From: Hemiscyllium ocellatum
Lineage: Eukaryota
Length of the DNA stretch: 64,000 nt
Reading direction: 5' to 3'
Assembly (NCBI RefSeq): GCF_020745735.1
Contig: NC_083406.1
Span: forward strand, 109,841,164-109,905,163
In this document: one piece after another, positions 1-12,127 of the stretch
Position numbering within the stretch: position 1 is the stretch's first letter
Layout of the letters: every line of letters begins with the position of its first letter
The notes under the pieces: model-generated
What the model was told of the DNA's origin: nothing
Seen by the model: only the letters and a program-made list of their open reading frames with translations
Database searches by the model: none
Program-made: the position numbers and the translations under genes

Positions 1-590
1 GAAATATCCACCATTGTTCCTCCACTGTCATCCCTGCTAAGGTATTGCACCATTGAACTTTGGCCAGCTCCTCCCTCATAGCCCCATAGTTCCCTTTATT
101 CAACAGAAATATTGTCACTCTCTCCCCCTCAAATTGCAGATTGAAGCTTGTTGTATTATTGTCACTACATCCCAGTAGCTCCTTCACTTCGATGTCCCTG
201 ATCAATTCTGGTTCATTGCACAATACCAAATCCAGAATATCCTTCTCCCTGATCGGCTCCAGCACCAGCTGTTCTAAGAATTCATCTCGGAGACACTCCA
301 CAAATTCTCTTTCTTGAGGTCCAATACCATCCTGATTCTCCCAGTCTACCTGCAGTTGAAATCCCCCATAACAACTGTAGTAACATCTTTGCGACAGGCC
401 AATTTCAGTTCCTTATTCAACTTACATCCTACATCCATACTACTGTTTGGGGGCCTGTAGATAACTCCCAAGAGGGTCTTTTTGCCCTTAGAATTTCTCA
501 GCTCTATCCACACTGACTCTACACCCCCTGATTCTAGGTCCCCCCGCGCAAGGAACTGAATATCATCCCTTACCAACATGGCCACCCCAC
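1..590 (-). mobile_element. CR1 LINE ORF2 fragment, APE endonuclease domain (runs off window start)
   Basis: ORF 346-585 reads VESVWIELRN..LLGVIYRPPNS..VVMGDFN, the CR1 endonuclease YRPP and GDFN motifs. Confidence 0.9.
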
Positions 591-644
591 CCCACCCCCT
601 CTTCCCTCATCAATCCTCTTTGTTACTTCTTCAAAAATCTCACA

Positions 645-1285
645 CTTCTGAGCCTCAATAAGGTTCTGGTCAGACCACATTTGGAGTATTGTGTGCAGTT
701 TTGGGCTGCAAATGTGTTGCTGGTCAAAGCACAGCAGGCCAGGCAGCATCTCAGGAATAGAGAATTCGACGTCCACATCTCAGGAAGGATGTACTGACCC
801 TGGAGTGCTTTCAGAGGAGGTTCGTGAGAATGATCCCAGAAATGAAATGAGGAACATTTGAGGACACTGGTTCTATACTCAATGGAATTTAGAAGGTTGA
901 GGGGGGACCTAACTGGATCTTACAGAATACTGAATGGCCTGGACACAGTGGATGTTGGGAAGATGTTTCTATTGGTAGGAGAGACTAGGACCTGAGGGCA
1001 CAGCCTGAGGATAAAGGGAACCTTTTAGTACAGAGATAACAAGAAATTTCTTCAGCCAGAGAGTGGTGAATCTATGGAAATCACTGCCCTAGAAAGCTGT
1101 GGAGGCCAGGCCATTGAGCATATTTAAGACTGAGATAGCTAGTTTCTTGATTGTCAAGGGAATGAAGGGTTACGGGGAAAAGGCGGGAGAATAGGATTGA
1201 GAAACTAATCATCCATGATTGAATGTGGAGCAGACTTGATGGGTCGAATGGCCTAATTTTTGCTCCTCTGTGTTATGGTCTTATG
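645..1285 (+). mobile_element. CR1 LINE 3' fragment
   Basis: LVRPHLEYCVQFW-type coding relic, FFxQRVVNLW motif, 3' tail gatgggtcgaatggcct..ttatggtcttatg. Confidence 0.85.
705..772 (-). mobile_element. Penelope-like terminal repeat fragment (family A) nested in CR1
   Basis: Matches the repeat at 18575-18645 and 3274-3364; interrupts the CR1 at QFW/PHL. Confidence 0.75.
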
Positions 1286-1644
1286 AAATTAACCCTTTAC
1301 ATCCAAGAGGTAGAAGCTAGAACTGCAGGAAACAGACACTAAACAGAGAGATAAAGAAGATATATGAATGAGATAGCCATGAGAAAAATTCTTTCAACTA
1401 TTTTATACCTAAGAGAGGTAAATCCAGAGAGTGAAAGCATAGGTAATAGTCTCCAAGCTATAAACAATGAAAAGAATAAAATATAAAGAAAGAAGGAAAT
1501 GTTGACACTACCTGCATCTAACGAAGCAGCAACTACACTTATTGCACTGAGTATTCTGTCCTAGAAATAGTGGAGAAAAAAGACTGCACTGATATAATGG
1601 CTGATCGCACCTCTCAGTGACACTTCAGTATACTTGTTACACAA

Positions 1645-2080
1645 AGGCTTGTGTTATAAGGAAAGGCTGGATAGGCTGAGACTATATTCACTGGAGTGCA
1701 GGACCTTTTGGAGGTTTGTAAAATAATGAGGGGTATAGATAAGGTGAATGGCAGGTGTCTTTTCCCTTGGGTGGGGGAATTTGAGACCAGGGGCCATATT
1801 TTTAAGGTGAGAGGAGAAAGATTTTAAAAAGACACGCGGGGCAATTTTTTTACACAGACTGTGGTTCATCTGTGGATTGAACATCCAGAAGAACTGGTGG
1901 ATGTGGGTACAGTTGCAAAATTTAAAAGACATTTGGATAAGTACATGAATAGGAAATGTTTGGAGGGATATGGGCCAAATGGAGGCAGTTGGGTTTGGTT
2001 TGGTTTGAGATTATGTTTAGCATGGACTGGTTGGACTGAAGGGTCTGTTTCAATGCTGCATGACTCTAAGGTTCTATGAC
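1645..2080 (+). mobile_element. CR1 (HER1-like) LINE 3' end
   Basis: FKRHLDKYMNRKCLEGYG relic and tail ggactgaagggtctgtttc..ctatgac. Confidence 0.85.
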
Positions 2081-2421
2081 AGATAACTATTTGTTAGATC
2101 TTTATTGTGGCAGTAATGTGCCATTTTTGATGGCCAACATGTTTGGACCCATATGCTGTGGTGCAGTTGAAAATTCCATTCCACTTATTGAGGTTACTGC
2201 TCTTTGAAAGATATCACAACGTATGATTCTGTTCCACCTGATTCCGCAAAGCAATGCATCGTGTGTCCCTGAACATCTGAAATTGACACCAGGAAGACTG
2301 AACTCTACAAATACGTTTGCCACTCAGATTAATCAGTTATAATGACAAAGTTACTTTGATAATTATGGATAAACAAAATAATTAATTAACACTGAAAATC
2401 AACCTCAATCTTCATGGCTAA

Positions 2422-2540
2422 ATTATTTTTATTCACTGGCAGGTTTTGTGTGTCTCTGGCCAGATCAGTATTTCTTGCCCATACCTAGTGGCTCTTGAGC
2501 AGATGATGGTCAATTGCCAACATGTATCACTGCAGTCCAT
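2422..2540 (-). mobile_element. 3' tail of the tRNA-headed CR1-group LINE
   Basis: Homologous to 57555-57670 and 63877-64000. Confidence 0.65.
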
Positions 2541-5112
2541 GGCCCAAGAACAGAGCCCTGTGGAACACCACTCACCACTGACTTCCAGGCAGAATACTTT
2601 CCTTCCACTACCACTCTCTGTCTTCTGTCAACCAGCCAATTCTGTATCCAGACAGCTAAATTTCCCTGTATCCCATTCCTCCTGACCTTCTGAACGAGCC
2701 TACCATGGGGAACCTTATTAAATGCCTTGCTGAAGTCCATATACACCACATCCACCGTTCGACCCTCATCAACTTTTCTAGTAACATCCTCAAAGAACTT
2801 AATAAGATTTGTGAGGCATGACCTGCCTGTCACAAGACTGTGCTGACTGCATTTAATCAAGCCATGCTCTTCCAGATAGTCATATCCTCAGAATCTTTCT
2901 AACACCTTGCAGACGACAGACGTGAGACTGACTTGTCTGTAATTGCCAGGGATTTCCCTATTTCTTTTCTTGAAGAGAGGAATTACATTTGTCTCCCTCC
3001 AGTCCTCAGGTACAACTCTGGTGAAGAGTGAGGATGCTCGTTTCCCAAAGCAGCTGAGGACAAATCTGGTCTGGCCCTGGCGACTTGTCAATCTTAATGT
3101 TTGTCAACATTTTCAGCACACCAGCTTCCTCAACCTCTATCCGTTTCAGCATGCTTAACTGCTCCTCAATGGTTTCATTCACTACAAGGTCCTTATCTTT
3201 ATTAAAGACAGAAGCAAAAAACTCATTTAGAGCTTCCCCTACCTCCTCAGGCTCGATACACAAGTGCCCTATGCTATTCCTGAGATGCTGCCTGGCCTGC
3301 TGTGCTTTGACCAGCAACACATTTGCAGCTGTGATCTCCAGCATCTGCAGACCTCATTTTTTACTATCCCTGATCGGCCCTACTCTTTCTTTGATCATTC
3401 TCTTATTCCTCACATACGTGTAAAATGCCTTTGGATTCTCCCTAATCCTTCCTGCCAAGCCTTTTTCATGCCCCCTCCTGGCTCTCCTCAGACCACTTTT
3501 GAGCTCCTTCCTCACCTGCCTGTAATCCTCTGGAGCTGAACAAGACCTTTGCTTTCTCCACCTTACGTAAGTTGCCTTCTTTCTTTTGACGAGAAGCTCC
3601 TCTGCTCTTGTCATCCAAGGTCCCTTTATCTTACCCCTTCTTGCCTGTCTCAGAGGAACACATTTATGCATCACTTGCAACAACTGTTCCTTAAACAGTC
3701 TCCACATGTCTATAGTGCTCTTTCCATGGAACAATTGTTCCCAGTCCATGCTTCCCAACTCACCTCTGATTGCATCATAGTTTCCTTTTCCCCAATTAAA
3801 TATCCTGCCATTGTGCCTGCTTCTCTCCTTCTCCATAGCTAATTAGAATGTGAGGCAGTTGTGGTCACTATCACCAAAATGCTCTCCCACTGCAAGATCT
3901 GACATCTGCCCCGGCTTACTGCCGAGCACCAAATCCAAAATGGCCTTCCCCCTCGTCGGTCTGTCAACGTACTGAGTTAGGAAACCCTCCTGGACACACC
4001 TTACAAAAACAGCTCCTTCCAGACCATCTGCTTGAAGGAGGTTCCAATCAATATTGGGAAAGTTAAAGTCACCCATTACAACAACTCTACAACATTCATA
4101 CTTCCAAAATCTGCCAACCTATGCTTTCTTCAATCTCCCTGCTGCTATTGGGGGGCCTGTAGTAAATCCTAATGAGGTGACTGCTCCCTTACTGTTCCTA
4201 ATTTCCACCCATACTGCTCAATAGGCAGACCCTCCTCGACAATGGTAACTTCTGTAGCTGTGATACCCTCTCTGATTAGCAGAGCTACACCCTTTCCTCT
4301 TTGTCCCCCCTCCCTATTCTTTTTAAATGTTCTAAACCCTGGAACATCCAGCAATCATTCCTGCCCCTGAGAAACCCATGTCTCTGTTATGGCCACAACG
4401 TCATAGCGCCAGGTACTGATCCATGCTCTAAGCTCCTCTCTTTTATTCCTGATAATCCTTGCATTAAAGCAAACACACTTTAACCAATCCCTTGGTTCTT
4501 TCCCAGGAAATTCCTTCCCACGGGCTGTGCTGCCTCTTGCTATAGCCTCATCTCCATCAACTGTCACCACTGGCATATAGCTGCCATACCAGCTTAAACC
4601 CTTCTGAACAACTCGAGCAAACCTTCCACCCAGGACATTGGTCCCCTTCCAGTTCAGGTGCAACCCTTCCTTCATGTGCAGGTTCCACCTTCCCCAGAAG
4701 GCATCCCAATTATCTACCTATTTGAAGCCCTCCCTCCTACACCAGCTGCACAGCCACGTGTTAAGCTGCTTCCTGTTCCTCGCTTCGCTATCTCATGGCA
4801 TCGGTAGTAAACCCGAGAACACTACTCTGTTCGTCCTGCTCTGCAGCTTCCACCCTAACTCCCTGAAATCACTTTTTATATCCTTGATCCTTTTCCTGGC
4901 TATATCATTGGTGCCAATATGTAACATGATTTCTGGCTGTTCGCCCTCCCCTTTCAGAATCTTATACACCCGATTGGAGACGTCCCGGACCCTGGCACCA
5001 GGGAGGCAACATAACTTCCGGGAGTCCCGATCCTGACCACAAAATCTCCCGTCAAATCTCCTACCAATCGAGTCTCCTACCACTAGTGCTTTCCATCCTG
5101 CCCCCTTCCCTT
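2541..5112 (-). mobile_element. Long degraded CR1 LINE: ORF1 SGNH esterase plus ORF2 endonuclease and N-terminal RT, 3'-truncated
   Basis: ORF1: LVVGDSI, CLPGARVRDV, LHIGTND, LHLNWKG. ORF2: AITETW, MGDFNFPNIDW, SDH, PLFKK..PGNYR, YMDFSKAF, SGVPQGSVLGP. Multiple frameshifts. Confidence 0.92.
3274..3364 (+). mobile_element. Penelope-like terminal repeat (family A) nested in CR1
   Basis: Reverse complement of 705-772 and 18542-18630; flanked by ctattcctga/ctatccctga. Confidence 0.8.
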
Positions 5113-5114
5113 CT

Positions 5115-5545
5115 GATGGTTGGATTCTCTCTTGTTGAATTGTTTGGCACTTGTGGGGTGTCACTGTGACCTGTCACTGATCAGGCCAAGCTTGGATATA
5201 GTCCAGGTCTTGTTGCATATGGACATGGACTGTTTCAGTATCTCTGGATTTACAAATGGTGCTGCATGTTGTGCAATCATCAATAAACATCCCAACTCCA
5301 GTCCTTGAGATGGAGTGAAGGTCATTGATGAATCATTGATGATTGGGCCTGGAAACGCCCCTGAGGAACTCTTGCAGAGTTGTCCTGGAGCTGAAGTGAA
5401 TGATCTCCACCAATCAGAACCATCTTCCTGTGTGTTAGGTATGACTCCAGGCAGTAGAGGGTTTGCCCTGATTCTCATTAATTCTGCTTTTGCTGGAGTT
5501 CCTTGATGGCACAGTTGGTCAAATACTTTGAGAAGGTAACTGTCC
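5115..5545 (-). mobile_element. RT-domain fragment of the tRNA-headed CR1-group LINE
   Basis: Degenerate SSGxPxG..INDxxS..GxxADD region; 5115-5150 overlaps homologously with 58222-58290. Confidence 0.7.
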
Positions 5546-6308
5546 GTTCACTTATAAGATGTGCTATAAAGCAAAGTCAGTTTTATCGACACAAGACGAG
5601 GCAAGTTACAGTAATTGTGCTGGTGGGGGTTGAGGGGGCAGGGTATGGGGCTGAGAGAGTGTTTCTGTTGGGAGAGATTACACTGAGACCATGAAAGAGG
5701 GCACACTGCCTCAGGAACCCTCTGCGAGTCTCTAATGTTTTCCTGACAGTTTCCCCAGGAGGGGTTGGTCATTTCCGATTCTGGTAAAATGATGACAGGT
5801 CTGCAACGTGGGCAATCATTGGGTAATGAGTTGGGTTACTTGGTTTCCCAGCTCTGGTCGACGGGCAACCATGCCAGTGAGATTCCCATTGCTGATGACA
5901 TTCCATGGTGGTGAGGGGAGCTGTTCTGCCACCCTCTGCTGCTAATTGATCTTCCTCCTGCCTCCTAGTCCATTCCAAAAGGTGGTGAGATCAAACTCCG
6001 AGTCCCAATCTCAATATGTAATGTTCAGTTTGGTTCTAATGCTTTTACTAGTCCTCATTATCAACTATGTAGTTGGAGACTTTATCATCAACTTTGTACA
6101 ATTCAAATGCTTTTTTCTGACATGTAGGGAGAGATACAGTAGTCGCATGTTTATGATAAGACCACCCAGATTCAGGCAAATATATTTTGCCACTTCGGAG
6201 CACAAGTCACCATAGGATCAAGTAAACTAAGTTTTAAGCCAGGTGGTTTTTGTCGTTAATAAATTGTTGTACACTCTGTCTAATTTAGACTCTCTTTACT
6301 TTAAGTAT

Positions 6309-6945
6309 CAGCCAAGACTCAGTTGGTAGCTCTGTCTCTTAGAATCTCCCCACAGTCTGCGCCGACCCTCCAGAGAGCATCCCACCCTATTCCTGTAACC
6401 GTTGCATTTACCATGGTTGCTGCTGGGTAGTTTAGCATGGCCAGCCCACCTAACCTGCATACCTTTGGACTGTTGGAAGAAACCAGAGGACCCAATGAAA
6501 ACTGACACCGTCACGGGGTGTCTGTGCAAACATCCAGTCATTCATCGCTGGAGTTGAACCCGGATCCCTGGAACCATGGGGCAGCAGTGCTAACTGTGCC
6601 GCCAGATGAAGTCGGAGTCATAAGGTTCTGGATTCAAGCATCACTCCAGGGATTGAGCAGACTCCCAGTGCAGTACTGAGGGAGTACTGCACTGTACGTG
6701 GGAGCATTCTCAAGAGGAAAGGCAAGACAGGCATCCGCTTGGGTCGATGCAAAAATCCCATCAACCATTTTGATAGGGAACAGGGGAGCTAGCCCACTTC
6801 TTTGGTCAATATTTATTCTTGGAATAAAATCAGAAGACAACAGATTGTCTGATAACGATTGCAACATTGCTGTTTGTGTGAGCTTGCTGTGCAACACATT
6901 TCCCACCTTACAACAGTTTGAAAGCTATTTCATTGGCTTTGCACA
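6309..6945 (+). mobile_element. DeuSINE (SacSINE1/AmnSINE1-like), interrupted by a V-SINE
   Basis: tRNA-like head gactcagttggtagc (A box) and ggattcaagc (B box), then ccagtgcagtactgagggagt..caatatttat..cattgctgtttgtg..gcttgctgtgc, resembling the Deu domain as recalled. Confidence 0.75.
6339..6603 (-). mobile_element. Old HE1-type V-SINE
   Basis: Antisense match to 33850-34183 (tttagcatggcc..ctaacctgcatacctttggactgt). Confidence 0.8.
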
Positions 6946-7049
6946 CGGAAAATCAAACTGAAATTAGGTTCAGTTCCTTTATTGAGAAAGATAGATGTAC
7001 TTCCAATGAACAATCCTTGTAAATCATTGGAAAGATCATTAAAAGTGAA

Positions 7050-7222
7050 AAAGTCAAAATATTGTGGATACTGGAGATTCGAAATAAAAACAGAAAGTAC
7101 TGGAGAAACTCAGCAGGTCTTGCAGCATCTGTGGAGAGAAAAACAAAGTAAATGTCTCATGTCCAATGAGTCTTCTTAAGAATCGAAGTAGTGTTTCTCA
7201 AGCACTTTCTGTTTTTATTTCA
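7050..7222. mobile_element. Penelope-like terminal repeat family B, fold-back copy
   Basis: aaataaaaacagaaagtactggagaaac ... gtttctcaagcactttctgtttttattt inverted arms. Confidence 0.65.
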
Positions 7223-7329
7223 ATAAAAGTGAAACTGCCTGAACCTAGAAATATCTGGATATACTGGATATAGCTAGTGTCTTGATATGACTGGCTCTTT
7301 GTCTTGTTTGGTAAGCTCCCTAACATTAA

Positions 7330-7510
7330 TAGCAACATGCATTTATGTAGCACCTTTAATGTGATAAAATATCCTTCTCAGAAGCATTATCCAGCAGTAT
7401 CTGAGGCTTACACATCTTAGGGCAGACGCCCAGAAGTTTGACCAAAGACGTAGGTGTTAGGCAGGGTCTTAAAGGAGGAGGGAAAGGGTGTGAGACAGAA
7501 AAACGCAGGG
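7330..7510 (-). mobile_element. L2-type LINE 3' end (old)
   Basis: catgcatttatgtagcaccttt..gtcttaaaggagga, typical L2 tail; similar piece at 62830-63200. Confidence 0.55.
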
Positions 7511-8677
7511 AGGCAAAGGAGGAGATTGTTGGGCCATAGTGGAGATACTCAATACTTTGCTGGCCATGGGCAAAGTGCCAGATGATGGAAGGATAGTTAA
7601 TGTGGTTCCTTTGTTCAAGAAGGGCAGCAGGAATAGGTCAGGAAATTTCAGACCAGTTGGTTTGATGTCAGCAGTGGGGATGTTATTGGAAACAAATCTG
7701 AGGATGGGATTAGTCAACACTTGTAAGTGTAGTCAGAATGGATTTGTTGGAAGGAGACCCTGTCTGGCTAATTAATTGAGTTTTTTGAAAAGGTGACTAA
7801 ATATATTGAAAAAGGTAGTGCATTTGATGTGGTTTACATGGATTTTAGTCAGGCCTTTGACGGGGTTCCATTTGGAAGGCTAACCCAAAAGGTAAGAGCC
7901 CATTGAATCCATGGCAAGTTGGCTAACTGGATCCAAAATTAGTTATAAATAGGAGGCAAAGGTGATGGATGAGGGTTTCTTTTTGTGATTGGAAGCCTGT
8001 GATTGGTGGGGTACCCCAGGGATCAGTGCTGGTTCCCTTGTTGTTTGTTACATACATTAATGACTTGGATGTGAATGTAGAAGGTATAATGATTAAAGTT
8101 TGCAGTAGACACAAAAATTGTTGGAGTCGTTGATAATGAGGAGGATAGTCTGATATTGATCAACTGGCAAATTGGGAAAGTCAATGGCTGGCAGAATTTA
8201 ATCCTGTTAAGTGTGAGGTGATGCATTTTGGGAGATCTGATCAGGGAAGGATAGTATACAATGATTGGTAAGTCCCAGGGAGTACTGAGGAACAAAGGGA
8301 CCTTGGTGCTAAAGTCCATAGATCCCTGAAGGTGTCTGCACGGGTACATAGGGTGGTGAAGAAGGCATATGGGATGCTTACCTTCATTAGCCAGAATGTA
8401 AAATATAGGAACAAAGAAGTCTTGTTACAACTTTCTAAAACATTGCCTCAGTCACAGACAGAGTATTGTGTGCAGTCTGATTGCCATACTATTGAATGGA
8501 TGTGACTGCAGTGGAGAGGGTGCAGGGGAGATCCACCAGGATGTTGCCTGGGATAAAAATGCCTCAAGTTATATTGAGAGACTGGATAGGTTGGGTTTAT
8601 TTTGTGTAGAGCAGAGGAGGCTGGGGTGGGGGGTGGGGGGAGGGGGTATGGAATTTGATGGAGGTATACAAAATTAT

Positions 8678-8833
8678 GTCAAAAAGTGTGGTGCTGGATA
8701 AGCACAACCACTCAGGCAGCATCCGAGGAGCAGGAGTGTCAACGTTTCAAACATAAGCTCTTGATCAGGCTTGCATTTCCAGCACAACACTTTTTGACTC
8801 TAATCTCCAGCATCTGCAGTCCTCACTTTCTCC
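8678..8833. mobile_element. Penelope family A fold-back insert in CR1
   Basis: gtcaaaaagtgtggtgctgga ... tccagcacaacactttttgac inverted arms. Confidence 0.75.
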
Positions 8834-8960
8834 ACACTAAGCTATGTGAGGCCCAGACAGATTAGATCATGAAAATCTATTTTCCCATGACAGATGTGTC
8901 TCAGACCAGAGGGTACGAGTTTAAAGCAAGCAGCAAGTGATTTCGAGGGATCCAAGAAAA

Positions 8961-9067
8961 TGCTTTTTCACCCAGATGGTGGTCGAAATGTGGAACATGT
9001 TGCTTTTTTCACCCAGAGGGTGGTAGAAATGTGGAAGATGCTGCCTTTTTCACCCAGAGGGTGGTGG
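8961..9067 (+). repeat. About 2.6 tandem copies of a 40-41 bp unit inside the CR1 3' region
   Basis: tgc(t/c)ttttcacccaga.ggtggt.gaaatgtggaa.atg repeated at 8961, 9001 and 9042. Confidence 0.85.
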
Positions 9068-10474
9068 AGGCAGGTGCTCTCACACATTTTAGAAGCATCT
9101 GGATGAACATTTGAAATGCCAGGCCATAGTGGGCTATGGAACAAGTGCGGGTAAATGGAATTAATATAGTTTGAAGTTTGTTGGTTGGCATAAACATGGT
9201 GGGCCGAAGGACCTGAATCTTTGCAGCATGGCTCTATGAAGGGCGTTCTAGAGTTTGGACCCCAGCAAACTGAAGAAGGAAACACAAATTTGGTTGACCT
9301 CTATTGATAATACCTTTAAGTCCATAGTGATTTCTATTGGCATTTTGGCACCTTTTTTGGTTTTGAGTTGTACACTACCCATCTCCTCATTCCGATGTGC
9401 TTTTGTTTTTGACTTTGAACTGCTCAAGAAATGTGACAGTTCAGGTTTGATGACTGAGACAGAAAAGTAATGACAGCAAATCCAACTATTGAATATTATT
9501 AGTATATCATATTAAAGTCATGGTTCTTTTAGGTAGAGTTTGAGAACATCCTTGCTAGATGGTAATGGCCTGGAAAATATTCTGCCTGTTTCAGAAACCT
9601 TGGAATTATTAGCTTGATTAATGGTGGATCTGAATTAATGGTGAATCCCATGACAGATGAAAAATGTAATTTCCTGCTTGATTGAGTATTGGGGATCAGT
9701 GCAATCACAACGGTGAGAACACCACTCAGATGGTACCCATTTCCTGAAGTATTAATTCATGAATTATTGGGATATTTTCTTCTTAAGAATAAATCTCCAA
9801 AGAATCCTCTCTCACATCAAAGAAAGGATACTCTTCAAATCCAAAGACCCTCTTGGGGTCCTTGACCTTCTTATTTCACAAGATGCACAGGAATAAACAT
9901 TGTGAGTTTTACTGATAAAAATCAAAGGGAAAACTAACAAAAAATTGTGCAGCAAGAAGTTTGGGTGCTGGGGCTAATTCTAACTTAACTGCGCAGTCAA
10001 AACCTTCCAGGGCTCTATCAAACTCCCATTTGACACACGGCCCCTTTATTTCCCTTGGAAAACTGAATGGTGTGTAAAACAAGCATGCGACTCTGTTGGC
10101 TTTCCAGAGGGCAGATGTAATTAAATGTTCCCCTTCCATCCTTTAAAAGATATTCGAAACAAATCACTTTGTATAGTACATGAAATTGGTTAATGCATTG
10201 CATCAGCATTTTACTATGTGTTTACTTCTGTGGATTATTTGACTGGTAAATACATCTGATCCAATGTGTTGTCCAGTTAAGATTCTTGATTGTGGGTAAG
10301 TCCAGCTGCTGGCCACTCAAATGCTTGACAGGACATCCTCCTATGGCCTGGATTAAATTTTGTGCATTAACACATTTTCTCTTTTCATAGATGCCTTCTG
10401 ACCTGTAGAGTGTTTCTGGAATTTTCTGGTTTTATTCTAAGAAGAAGGATCTTGGGTGAAAAATGAAAATGTGC

Positions 10475-12075
10475 AGATTGAGATGTACAGCATGGAAGCC
10501 ACCCTGCGATCCAACCCGTCCATGTCGGCCAGATATCCCAACCCAATCTAGTCCCACCTGCCAGCACCTGGCTCATATCCCTCCAAACCCTTCCTATTCA
10601 TATACCCATCCAAATGCTTCTTAAGCGTTGCAATTGTACCAGCCTCCACCACATTCCATACACGTACCACCCTCTGCATGAAAAAGTTGCCCCTTAGGTC
10701 TCTTTTATATCTTTCCCCTCTCACCCTAAACCTATGCCCTCCAGTTCTGGACTCCCCAACCCCCCAGGGAAAAGACTGTCTATTTATCCTATCTATGCCC
10801 CTCATAATTTTGTAAACCTCTATAAGGTCACCCCTCAGCCTCCGACGCTCCAGGGAAAACAGCCCAGCCTGTTTAGCCTTTCCCTATAGCTCAAATCCTC
10901 TAACCCTGGCAACATCCTTGTAAATCTTTTTTGAACCCTTTCAAGTTTCACAACATCTTTCTGATAGGAAGGAGACCAGAATTGCACGCAATATTCCAAC
11001 AGTGGCCTAACCAATGTCCTGTACAGCTGCAACATGACCTCCCAACTCCTGTACTCAATACTCTGACCAATAAAGGAAAGCATACCAAACGCCTTCTGAC
11101 ACTATCCTATCTACCTGCCACTCCACTTTCAAGGAGCTATGAACTTGCACTCCAAGGTCTCTTTGTTTAGCAACACTCCTTAGGACCTTACCATTAAGTG
11201 TATAAGTCCTGCTAAGATTTACTTTCCCAAAATGCAGCACCTCGCATTTATCTGAATTAAACTCCATCTGCCTCTTCTTAGCCCATTGGCCCATCTGGTC
11301 CAGATCCTGTTGTAATCTGAGGTAACCCTCTTCGCCATCCACTACACCTCAAATTTTGGTGTCATCTGCAAACTTACTAACTGTACCTCTTATGTTCGCA
11401 TCCAAATCATTTGTGTAAATGACAAAAAGTAGAGGACCCAGCACCGATCCTTGTGGCACTCCACCTGTCGCAGGCCTCCAGTCTGAAAAACAACCCTCCA
11501 CCACAACCCTCTGTCTTCTACCTTTGAGCAAGTTCTGTATGCAAATGGTTAGTTCTCCCTGTATTTCATAAGGTCTAACCTTGCTAATCAGTCTCCCATG
11601 GGGAACATTGTCGAACGCCTTACTGAAGTCCATACAGATCACATTTACTGCTCTCCCCTCATCAATCTTCTTTGTTAACCTCTTCAAAAAACTCAATCAA
11701 GTTTGTGAGACATGATTTCCCACGCACAAAGCCATGTTGACTATCCCTAATCAGTCCTTGCCTTTCAAATACATATACATCCTGTCCCTCAGGATTCCCT
11801 CCAACAACCTGCCCACCACTGAGGTCAGGCTCACCGGTCTATAGTTCCCTGGCTTGTCTTTACCACCCTTCTTAAACAGTGGCACCACGTTTGCCAACCT
11901 CCAGTCTTCTGGCACCTCACCTGTGACTATCGATGATACAATATCTCAGCAAGAGGCCCAGCAATCACTTCTCTAGCTTTCCACAGAGTTCTTGGGTACA
12001 CCTGATCAGGTCCTGGGGATTTATCCACCTTTAACTGTTTTAAGGCTTCCAGCACTTCCTCCTTTATAATCTGGA
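10475..12075 (-). mobile_element. Young CR1 (HER1-like) LINE, RT and 3' end, frameshifted
   Basis: ORFs 11349-11696 (MDFSKAFD, GVPQGSVLGP, SKFADDTKI), 11055-11342 and 10835-11083 (LVRPLLEYCVQFWSP). Confidence 0.95.
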
Positions 12076-12127
12076 GAATTTGCAGATCATTGAATATTTC
12101 TGAACTCTACTTGATTTTCTGTTGCTA

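Larger units (their letters stand above)
7540..9238 (+). mobile_element. CR1 LINE RT to 3' end, degraded
   Basis: VVPLFKKG..GNFRPV, YMDFSxAFD, GVPQGSVL, tail gggccgaaggacctg..ctctatga. Confidence 0.9.

Noticed and set aside
10835-11696. Active reverse transcriptase gene
   Set aside because: RT is broken across three frames and 5'-truncated.
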